Assembly: GCA_964019425.1 (NCBI GenBank)
Contig: OZ025805.1
Coordinates: 372,001-436,000 of the forward strand
Direction: 5' to 3'
Length of the DNA: 64,000 bases
Source of the DNA: Flectonema sp. DT1601
Taxonomy: Eukaryota
The notes under the pieces were generated by a model. The model searched no databases. It had not been told where the DNA came from and saw only the letters and a program-made list of their open reading frames with translations. The first letter of the stretch is position 1, and every line of letters starts with the position of its first letter. Of the stretch, positions 47,394 through 57,685 are shown one piece after another. Position numbers and translations under genes: made by a program.

Positions 47394-48534
47394 AGTGGTG
47401 AATTGATTTTTAAAGTTTTGTTTTTTGTTTAACTTTAATTTTTGTTTAACTCATTACCATCGTGTACCTTCTGACTAAAATATGAAAACTTCTTATCCCT
47501 TTGAGGGAATGTAATTACATGTCGCATCCTCGTAGTATTCGATACCCAGATGTCACTTGTATAAGTTCTTTCTAAAAGCAAGTTTAGCGTTTCGATGAAA
47601 TAATTCAAAAGAAGCAACGCAAGTTTTAGTGACGTGTCCTGATTGGGGACTCCCCGCAGCACTCGCTATGATGATGATGATATCACTTCATGTGGCTCAG
47701 ATAGCTCATAATTCATCATAAGTTGTGACTTCATATAAAGAAAGTGTTGTACAAGTGTTTTCATTAAGTATCAAAGTAGGTCCAAAAAGACTGGTAGTAA
47801 CAACCTGCCTCACCTGCACATGCTTAGTACTCTTTATTTTATTTTTACTCAATTTTCTGTTTTCTGGATCCCGCTGGGCCAGCAGTGTCCAATTAGACCC
47901 TTCGAATAATTATGTGATGCCAACCTCCCGAGTTCGAACGGAAATGAACCGAACGATGCGGCGCATTAAAATGCCTCTTCGATGGAAATTTTTACTATTT
48001 CTTTTAGGAAATATTTTTTGTTGTCTAGAATTTGGTCGAAAAAAATAATATTGACTTATGTTTTACTTTTTTTTTTGCATTTAACAAATATTTTAAGAAC
48101 GAAAAAGAATATTGAGGGTATCACACGTAAACCTCCTATTTTCTGTATAGATGAAGATAAAGCCAATTCTTTTTTTGTAAATATAAACCCATTGTTGTTT
48201 GGTAGAGCGTAACTAACCTATTCCTTTATTAAAGATTTTTTACTGGTAGCGCAAAAACAAAACAAAAATGAAGTGCAATTTGCCGATTTCTTTTTACCCA
48301 GGTAGTACTTTTACAAAGAATGTAGAACCGAATTGGTTAAACATTTCATTACAGGAATCTAACAACATGTCGCATTCTTCGTAGTATTCGATACCCAGAC
48401 ATGATTCAATGTAGGGATCGTATTTATATAATTGTTGCCGCCTGGCGTTTGGAACACAACATCCACACATTCTTTACACAGCAGCCATATATTAACACCC
48501 CACAGCAAATAGTAATTCAAAAAAGAAAGTAACA

Positions 48535-49389
48535 ATGCAAGTTTTTGTGACGTGTCCTGATTGGGGACTCCCCGCAGTGACAGTGACGGCTGGTGCTGAT
48601 TCAGTTGTGAGCGACGTGTTGACGGCGGCGGCTGGGGAGTGGGATGTGGATCCGGAGGAAGTTGAACTCTCGCTTGCTGGTGATACCCTTTGCGAAACTG
48701 ATCGGCTGGCAGATCATGGAGTGGTTGCAAACAGCGAGTTTGAAATGTGGACGAAGCAGTTTAGGATATTCGGTAAAAGCTGGTTTGTTGATGATGCAAA
48801 ACGGGAGAAGCTGCTTCTTTGGATGAGAGACCACATTACGGAGTATTTATGTCTGGACACTCCGACATTCACAGAAGATGGTTGCCTCACTGTTGAGCGT
48901 AAGTTGCTTCCTTCAGATGCCAAACAGGTTGCTTTCCGCAATTCAAATTCCAACAGCACAGCCATGTCATCAGTTACCACTATCGGAGATAAGTTCTTGT
49001 TTTGCTCACAAATCACTTCCGTTGACCTTTCTGGTTTTAGTAGTGTCACAGTTGTTGGTGACACATTCTTGTTTTGTTCAGGAATCACTTCTCTTGACCT
49101 TTCAGGTCTAAGCAGTGTTACTACTATTGGATACAATTTCATGTTTTCCTGTTCGCTACTCACTTCTCTTGACGTCTCAGGTCTTGGCAGGGTCGCCACT
49201 ATTGGAAATAACTTCTTGTCTTGCTGTTCCAAAATCACTTCTCTTGACCTTTCAAGTCTAAGTAGTGTCACGAGAATTGGATTGAACTTCCTCAGTGAAT
49301 GCAAAGCTCTTGAATCTGTCCAATTGCCTGAAAGTAATAGTGCTCTCTTTGAGAAGTCTGTGAAAGCAGCGATTGATCATTCAGGATAA
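48535..49389 (+). CDS. Ubiquitin-like + BspA-type LRR protein, 284 aa
   Basis: Intact ORF with family N- and C-termini. Confidence 0.9.
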   Translation: MQVFVTCPDWGLPAVTVTAGADSVVSDVLTAAAGEWDVDPEEVELSLAGDTLCETDRLADHGVVANSEFEMWTKQFRIFGKSWFVDDAKREKLLLWMRDHITEYLCLDTPTFTEDGCLTVERKLLPSDAKQVAFRNSNSNSTAMSSVTTIGDKFLFCSQITSVDLSGFSSVTVVGDTFLFCSGITSLDLSGLSSVTTIGYNFMFSCSLLTSLDVSGLGRVATIGNNFLSCCSKITSLDLSSLSSVTRIGLNFLSECKALESVQLPESNSALFEKSVKAAIDHSG

Positions 49390-51348
49390 AGTAGTGAATG
49401 GGTTCATTTGTCTTTAATAATTTAAAGAAGATTCTCTGATAGGAAGATTGATACCAACAATGTCATTCAACATGTCGATTCACGTGGAGTAGCTGTTGAA
49501 GACAATTAAAACAGAAAACACGACTTCTTGATGTGGTGACGGCCTGATCAATAACAACTAATACAAATCAATTTTTTCTTACAACTGGAACTGTGATGTA
49601 GTAATTGTTAGTGAGTGTTTTAACTACTTAGTAAGAGGGAAATAATAAAAGAATGTAGTTGTTGGAACCGACTCTACTAAATTACATTACCGACAATTAA
49701 CGTTTCGGTTGGGTTGTCGGAGCAAGAAAGAGAGAAGTATTTTGTCACATGCTTGGTAGTCTTTAATATGTTTATGCTCGATTTCCTTTTCTCTATTTTC
49801 TTGTTTTAGTACTTGCCTGTACTTACTGCTGAACTGATTCGGTGAACCACAAAATCTCTTTTTTCTCAATTCAGGTGACAAGTATGTGATGCCAACCTCA
49901 TTTAAATTAGTGAGAGCAACCAATCGAATCATATTACTGTAATCATAAATAACGTGGTGTGTAAAGAAAATTAGAATGGAACAATTTAAGAAATTAAAAA
50001 GGGGACGGTGGATTTATAAAAAAGTATTGAAGCACACATTTTGACTGTAAAATAGTAGTTTTTGAGAGACCATTGGGTACCTTCAGAAGGCAATAGTCCC
50101 ATACTTTATTATAAAATGCCAGGGAGCTGGGACTCCAATCGGATCACCCTGGCCTCGCAGTATATGACCAGTTTAGGGGACAGATAACTGAGGAAGTCCT
50201 AGACTAATCCTAACAGCCTTGGTACACAAGACCAACTTTAACCAGTTCAAATGTCGATAATTTAGTATCAGAAAATCAAAAACTTTATTTGCTAAAGTGT
50301 TTTCTGTGAATGTTTCTACTATTAAAAAACTGTGATTCTCTAAAAAGGCTCGTCACGTCTCATTTGGTCTATTGCAAAGGACGGTTACAAGGACTCGGCG
50401 TCACGCGGAAACTCGAAGAAAAATGCCGAGCAGTACAGAATAGACGCGGCAGCCTCCATAGAAGACACAAGTTTTGCGAAGGTGATGTGAGGATTACTGG
50501 CCGCCTAGCACACCTCGATATGATACATTCACTTCCAATACGAGTGAATGTATTAACAGTGTGTTCAAAGAAGCTCGTCAAACCTCGATTCTGGGGATTA
50601 TAAGATCGACATGAATGTGGATCGCTAATACTTTCGCAAAGCGACGGGGGATGTATTTTGGTGAAGAGGGAGTCGCACCGCTGCCAAATGTGAAAGATGT
50701 TATTGAGTTGTCAGTAGCACTCATGGCTCAATGTACCGTGAAATAGATTAGAACAGGGAAGCTGTGAAACACATTTGTGAATTACTTTTGTACACATTCT
50801 TTACACAGCAGCCATATATTAACACCCCACAGCAAATAGTAATTCAAAAAACTAACAAACAATGCAAGTTTCCGTGACGTGTCCTGATTGGGGACTCCCC
50901 GCAGTGACAGTGACGGCTGGTGCTGATTCAGTTGTGAACGACGTGTTGACGGCGGCGGCTGGGGAGTGGGATGTGGATCCGGATGAAGTTGAACTCTCGT
51001 TTGCTGGTTGTACCCTTTGCGAAACTGATCGGCTGGCAGATCATGGAGTGGTTGCGGACAGCGAGTTGGAAATGTGGACGAAGCAGTTTAGGATATTCGG
51101 TAAAAGCTGGTTTGTTGATGATGCAAAACGGGAGAAGCTGCTTCTTTGGATGAGAGACCACATTACGGAGTATTTATGTCTGGACACTCTCACATTCACA
51201 GAAGATGGTTGCCTCACTGTTGAGCGTAAGTTGCTTCCTTCAGATGCCAAACAGGTTGCTTTCCGCAATTCAAATTCCAACAACACAGCCATGTCATCAG
51301 TTACCACTATCGGAGATGAGTTCTTGTCTTCCTGTTACCACATCACTG

Positions 51349-52047
51349 GGGTAACGAAACTCGGATAGCGCGCCTCCTCGTGGTGTTACCTGGATGCACC
51401 TTGTGTGTAACTAGAGTGCTGACGTATTGTTGTTGTTGCTGTGTATTCTTTTACCCCCGTTTTATTTTCCGGTAGCCTAACCTTTAAAAAAAAAAAAGGA
51501 CAACATAGCAGAAGGTCAGGTGATCCGGCCCGGGATACTCAGGCACCCAGAGCTCACAGGGGCCACCGGGTTTTTATTTTTTCCTTAGTGGCATGATTTC
51601 CCTTTACCCCCATTTCCTTCAAACTTCCCCCGTTTAGTCTTTTCACGCATGGGGGGATTATAAGTTCAGGTCGCCTGAAATGTATTAACAGTATCAGCCC
51701 CGCGAGTTACTCGGGGAGCTCCCATGCAATGTGTGGAGAAAGAGGCCATCCCTCCCCCTACCTCTCTGCTTTACTACGTCGTTTTTTGTGTGTGGCATTT
51801 CTTTTCTTATATTCTTTTCTTTTCAATCTTGTTCCTTCACACGCAGTTGTTCGAGCGGTTGTGAACCACCTTGGGTCTCTTACGGTCTCCAAGCTACTGT
51901 TGTGCGAAGAAACAAATCTGTTGGTGCGGTGGCCTTCCGACGCCACCTGGACCGCAACTCGTTCACAGTGCCCTACCCGGTTCTCCACCGGACCGCCTGA
52001 GCGACGGGATCCATGGGATTCAAACCCCTAAACACTGGTTAATTTTT
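51349..52047 (+). mobile_element. Short retroelement, copy B
   Basis: TSD TTCCTGTTACCACATCACTG at 51329-51348 and 52048-52067. Confidence 0.95.
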
Positions 52048-52361
52048 TTCCTGTTACCACATCACTGCGCTTGACCTTTCAAGTCTTCATAGTGTCACAA
52101 CTATTAGATACGAATTCTTGTATATCTCACGACTCACCTCTGTTGACCCTTCTAGTCTTCGTAGTGTAACATCCATTGGTTATAGTTTCTTGTCCTATTC
52201 CGAAATCACTTCTCTTGACCTTTCAGGTCTAAGTAGTGTCACAAGTATTGGTGATTATTTCGTGTCTCGTTATTCCCACATCACTGCGCTTGACTTTTCA
52301 GGTCTTATTAGTGTCACCACTATTGGAAAGAGTTTCTTGAGTTACTGTTTAGGAATCACTT

Positions 52362-53053
52362 GGGTAACGAAACTCGGACAGCGCGCCTCCTCGTGGTGTT
52401 GCCTGGATGCACCTTGTGTGTAACTAGAGTGCTGACGTATTGTTGTTGCTGTGTATTCTTTTACCCCCGTTTTATTTTCCGGTAGCCTAACCTTTAAAAA
52501 AAAAGGACAACATAGCAGAAGGTCAGGTGATCCGGCCCGGGATACTCAGGCACCCAGAGCTCACAGGGGCCACCGGGTTTTTATTTTTTCCTTAGTGGCA
52601 TGATTTCCCTTTACCCCCATTTCCTTCAAACTTCCCCCGTTTAGTCTTTTCACGCATGGGGGGATTATAAGTTCAGGTCGCCTGAAATGTATTAACAGTA
52701 TCAGCCCCGCGAGTTACTCGGGGAGCTCCCATGCAATGTGTGGAGAAAGAGGCCATCCCTCCCCCTACCTCTCTGCTTTACTACGTCGTTTTTTTGTGTG
52801 TGGCATTTCTTTTCTTATATTCTTTTCTTTTCAATCTTGTTCCTTCACACGCAGTTGTTCGAGCGGTTGTGAACCACCTTGGGTCTCTTACGGTCTCCAA
52901 GCTACTGTTGTGCGAAGAAACAAATCTGTTGGTGCGGTGGCCTTCCGACGCCACCTGGACCGCAACTCGTTCACAGTGCCCTACCCGGTTCTCCACCGGA
53001 CCGCCTGAGCGACGGGATCCATGGGATTCAAACCCCTAAACACTGGTTAATTT
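52362..53053 (+). mobile_element. Short retroelement, copy C
   Basis: TSD TTACTGTTTAGGAATCACTT at 52342-52361 and 53054-53073. Confidence 0.95.
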
Positions 53054-53148
53054 TTACTGTTTAGGAATCACTTCTGTGAACTTCTCAGGTCTTAGTAATG
53101 TCACCACTTTTGACTACCGGTTCATGTATTCCTGTTCAGGAATCACTA

Positions 53149-53854
53149 GGGTAACGAAACTCGGATAGCGCGCCTCCTCGTGGTGTTGCCAGGATGCACC
53201 TTGTGTGTAACTAGAGTGCTGACGTATTGTTGTTGTTGCTGTGTATTCTTTTACCCCCGTTTTATTTTCCGGTAGCCTAACCTTTAAAAAAAAAAAAGGA
53301 CAACATAGCAGAAGGTCAGGTGATCCGGCCCGGGATACTCAGGCACCCAGAGCTCACAGGGGCCACCGGGTTTTTATTTTTTCCTTAGTGGCATGATTTC
53401 CCTTTACCCCCATTTCCTTCAAACTTCCCCCGTTTAGTCTTTTCACGCATGGGGGGATTATAAGTTCAGGTCGCCTGAAATGTATTAACAGTATCAGCCC
53501 CGCGAGTTACTCGGGGAGCTCCCATGCAATGTGTGGAGAAAGAGGCCATCCCTCCCCCTACCTCTCTGCTTTACTACGTCGTTTTTTTGTGTGTGGCATT
53601 TCTTTTCTTATATTCTTTTCTTTTCAATCTTGTTCCTTCACACGCAGTAGTTCGAGCGGTTGTGAACCACCTTGGGTCTCTTACGGTCTCCAAGCTACTG
53701 TTGTGCGAAGAAACAAATCTGTTGGTGCGGTGGCCTTCCGACGCCACCTGGACCGCAACTCGTTCACAGTGCCCTACCCGGTTCTCCACCGGACCGCCTG
53801 AGCGACGGGATCCATGGGATTCAAACCCCTAAACACTGGTTAATTTTTTTTTTT
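53149..53854 (+). mobile_element. Short retroelement, copy D (flanks do not match)
   Basis: Left flank TTCCTGTTCAGGAATCACTA, right flank TTCCTGTTTGCGTGTCACTT; both in target register. Confidence 0.93.
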
Positions 53855-54024
53855 TTCCTGTTTGCGTGTCACTTCTCTTTACCTTTCAGGTCTTAGCAGC
53901 ATCACCACTATTGGGAGTGGTTTCTTGTCTTCCTGTTCGCGACTCACTTCTGTGAACTTCTCAGCTCTTAGTAATGTCACCACTATTGGCTGCCGTTTCA
54001 TGTCTTCCTGTTCAGGAATTACTA

Positions 54025-54717
54025 GGGTAACGAAACTCGGACAGCGCGCCTCCTCGTGGTGTTGCCTGGATGCACCTTGTGTGTAACTAGAGTGCTGACG
54101 TATTGTTGTTGTTGCTGTGTATTCTTTTACCCCCGTTTTATTTTCCGGTAGCCTAACCTTTAAAAAAAAAGGACAACATAGCAGAAGGTCAGGTGATCCG
54201 GCCCGGGATACTCAGGCACCCAGAGCTCTCAGGGGCCACCGGGTTTTTATTTTTTCCTTAGTGGCATGATTTCCCTTTACCCCCATTTCCTTCAAACTTC
54301 CCCCGTTTAGTCTTTTCACGCATGGGGGGATTATAAGTTCAGGTCGCCTGAAATGTATTGACAGTATCAGCCCCGCGAGTTACTCGGGGAGCTCCCATGC
54401 AATGTGTGGAGAAAGAGGCCATCCCTCCCCCTACCTCTCTGCTTTACTACGTCGTTTTTTGTGTGTGGCATTTCTTTTCTTATATTCTTTTCTTTTCAAT
54501 CTTGTTCCTTCACACGCAGTTGTTCGAGCGGTTGTGAACCACCTTGGGTCTCTTACGGTCTCCAAGCTACTGTTGTGCGAAGAAACAAATCTGTTGGTGC
54601 GGTGGCCTTCCGACGCCACCTGGACCGCAACTCGTTCACAGTGCCCTACCCGGTTCTCCACCGGACCGCCTGAGCGACGGGATCCATGGGATTCAAACCC
54701 CTAAACACTGGTTAATT
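54025..54717 (+). mobile_element. Short retroelement, copy E
   Basis: TSD TTCCTGTTCAGGAATTACTA at 54005-54024 and 54718-54737. Confidence 0.95.
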
Positions 54718-55779
54718 TTCCTGTTCAGGAATTACTACTCTTGACCTTTCTAGTCTCCATAGTGTCACCACAATTGATCAAGAGTATTGATCAGATCTAA
54801 GTAGTGTCACCAGTATTGGTGATGACTTTCTCGATGAATGTGACTCTCTTGAATCTGTCCAGCTTCCTGAAAGTAATAGCGCTCTCTTTGAGAAGTCTGT
54901 GAAAGCAGCGATTGATCATTCAGGATAAAGTGGTGAATTGATTCTTAAAGTTTTGTTTTTTGTAATTTTTGTTTAACTCATTACCATCGTGTACTTCTGA
55001 CTAAAATATGAAAACTTCTTATCCCTTTGAGGGAATGTAATTACATGTCCCATCCTCGTAGTATTCGATACCCAGATGTCACTTGTATAAGTTCTTTCTA
55101 ACAGCAAGTTTAGCGTTTCGATGAAATAATTCAAAAGAAGCAACGCAAGTTTTAGTGACGTGTCCTGATTGGGGACTCCCCGCAGCACTCGCTATGATGA
55201 TGATGATATCACTTCATGTGGCTCAGATAGCTCATAATTCATCATAAGTTGTGACTTCATATAAAGAAAGTGTTGTACAAGTGTTTTCATTAAGTATCAA
55301 AGTTGCACACGTAAACCTTCTTTAACTTTATCAGTTTCAGTTCACAGTTACGTGACGAACAAAACATCACAGTTGTTATATTATTATTTTCTGTATAGTT
55401 CAAGATAAAGCCAATTCTCTTTTAGTAAATATAAACCCATTGTTTGGTAGAGCGTGACTAAGCTATTCCTTTATTAAAGATTTTTTACTGGTTGCGCCAA
55501 AACAAAACTAAAATGAAGTGCAATTTGCCGATTCCTTTTTACCCAGGTAGTACTTTTACAAAGAATGTAGAACCGAATTGGTTAAACATTTCATTACAGG
55601 AATCTAACAACATGTCACATTCTTCGTAGTATTCGATACCCAGACATGATTCAATGTAGGGATCGTATTTATATAATTGTTGCCGCCTGGCGTTTGGAAC
55701 ACAACATCCACACATTCTTTACACAGCAGCCATATATTAACACTCCACAGCATATAGTAATTCAAAAAAGAAAGTAACA

Positions 55780-56937
55780 ATGCAAGTTTTTGTGACGTGT
55801 CCTGATTGGGGACTCCCCGCAGTGACAGTGACGGCTGGTGCTGATTCAGTTGTGAGCGACGTGTTGACGGCGGCGGCTGGGGAGTGGGATGTGGATCCGG
55901 ATGAAGTTGAACTCTCGCTTGCTGGTGATAACCTTTGCGAAACTGATCGGCTGGCAGATCATGGAGTGGTTGCAAACAGCGAGTTTGAAATGTGGATGAA
56001 GCAGTTTAGGATATTCGGTAAAAGCTGGTTTGTTGATGATGCAAAACGGGAAAAGCTGCTTCTTTGGATGAGAGACCACATTACGGAGTATTTATGTCTG
56101 GACACTCCGACATTCACAGAAGATGGTTGCCTCACTGTTGACCGTGACCTGCTTCCTTCAGATGCCAAACAGGTTGCTTTCCGCAATTCAAATTCCAACA
56201 GCACAGCCATGTCATCAGTTACCACTATCGGAGATAAGTTCTTGTTTTGCTCACAAATCACTTCTCTTGACCTTTCTGGTTTTAGTAGTGTCACTACTAT
56301 TGGAGATGATTTCTTATCTTTGTGTTCCCAAATCACTTCTGTAAACCTTTCAGGTCTTCGTAGTGTCACCACTATTGGATATCTATTCTTATATTATTGT
56401 TTAAGGATCACTTGTCTTAACCTTTCGGGACTTAGTAATGTGACCACTATTGGTAATTCTTTCTTGCTTTGCTGTTCCCAAATCTCTTCTCTTGACCTTT
56501 CTAGTTTTAGTAGTGTCACCACTATTGGAAATGGTTTCTTATGTGTGTGTTCACAAATCACTTCTGTAAACCTTTCAGGTCTTAGTAGTGTCACCGCTAT
56601 TGGAGATAATTTCTTATGTTATTGTTCAAGGATCACTTCTCTTAACCTTTCAAGTCTTAGTAGTGTCACCACTATTGGTGATTGTTTCTGTCGTCGTTGT
56701 GCAGGAATCACTTCTCTTGACCTTTCGGGTCTTAGTAGTGTCACCGCAATAGACAGTAAATTCTTGTCCTCCTGTTCACAAATCACTTCTCTTGACCTTT
56801 CAGATCTAAGTAGTGTCACCACGATTAGTGATTGCTTTCTCGATGAATGCGACTCTCTGGAATCTGTCCAGCTTCCTGAAAGTAATAGCGCTCTCTTTGA
56901 GAAGTCTGTGAAAGCAGCGATTGATCATTCAGGATAA
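55780..56937 (+). CDS. Ubiquitin-like + BspA-type LRR protein, 385 aa
   Basis: Intact ORF with family N- and C-termini. Confidence 0.9.
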   Translation: MQVFVTCPDWGLPAVTVTAGADSVVSDVLTAAAGEWDVDPDEVELSLAGDNLCETDRLADHGVVANSEFEMWMKQFRIFGKSWFVDDAKREKLLLWMRDHITEYLCLDTPTFTEDGCLTVDRDLLPSDAKQVAFRNSNSNSTAMSSVTTIGDKFLFCSQITSLDLSGFSSVTTIGDDFLSLCSQITSVNLSGLRSVTTIGYLFLYYCLRITCLNLSGLSNVTTIGNSFLLCCSQISSLDLSSFSSVTTIGNGFLCVCSQITSVNLSGLSSVTAIGDNFLCYCSRITSLNLSSLSSVTTIGDCFCRRCAGITSLDLSGLSSVTAIDSKFLSSCSQITSLDLSDLSSVTTISDCFLDECDSLESVQLPESNSALFEKSVKAAIDHSG

Positions 56938-57160
56938 AGTGGGGAATTGATTCTTAAAATTTTGTATTTTGTTTAACTTTAATTTTTGTTTAACTCATTA
57001 CCATCGTGTACCTTCTGACTAAAATATGAAAACTTCTTATCCCTTTGAGGGAATGTAATTACATGTCGCATCCTCGTAGTATTCGATACCCAGATGTCAC
57101 TTGTACAAGTTCTTTCTAACAGAACCTTTCCCACCTCACAGCAAATTATTTAAAATAAAC

Positions 57161-57267
57161 AATGCAAGTTTCCGTGACGTGTCCTGATTGGGGACTCCCC
57201 GCAGTGACAGTGACGGCTGGTGCTGATTCGGTTGTGAGCGACGTGTTGACGGCGGCTGCTGAGGAAT
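57161..57267 (+). pseudogene. 5' fragment of a Ubl-LRR gene (shorter fragments lacking ATG at about 47617-47660 and 55143-55186)
   Basis: ATGCAAGTTTCCGTGACGTGTCCTGATTGG... breaks off after GCTGAGGAAT. Confidence 0.8.
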
Positions 57268-57685
57268 CAGAAAATGCACCTGAGAAAGAAGTATAAGTTA
57301 AGAATGAAGGTAAAGATAAAAACTGGAATTGTATCCACAACAAAGAAGTATCTACACACAGAAGGGGTGCAGATTACTTCTTCGTAGGGATTGTGCCAGG
57401 CCCGATCTTTTCGGTTCGACGGGACACCAGCACCTTCTTTTAAATTCGTGCTTGGAATAAGAAAAGTGTGAGCAGAGTCTGATAAAGGTAAAAATTGATA
57501 TCGTGAAAAATTTGCACTAAAAAAAATATCGCAGACAACGCGATTGTTATTTTTTATTTTTTTCTCTCGTTGTGCAGTGTTGGTGACGAATTACCTAAAT
57601 GGAATGTTGATGGTTGGTATTTTTTATTTTTATTTTTTTACAGCAAATATATAATAATAAAAAAGCGGGGGTTTTTTTTACCCAG

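Larger units (their letters stand above)
50862..54928 (+). pseudogene. Ubl-LRR gene interrupted by four short retroelements
   Basis: Host segments 50862-51348, 52068-52361, 53074-53148, 53875-54024 and 54738-54928 join in frame, with an in-frame TGA at a lesion near 54788. Confidence 0.9.

Noticed and set aside
51349..54717. Short elements as spliceable introns (GG/GTAAC start) or as protein-coding genes
   Set aside because: No conserved 3' AG that restores the frame; their 60-100 aa ORFs change frame between copies at homopolymer indels
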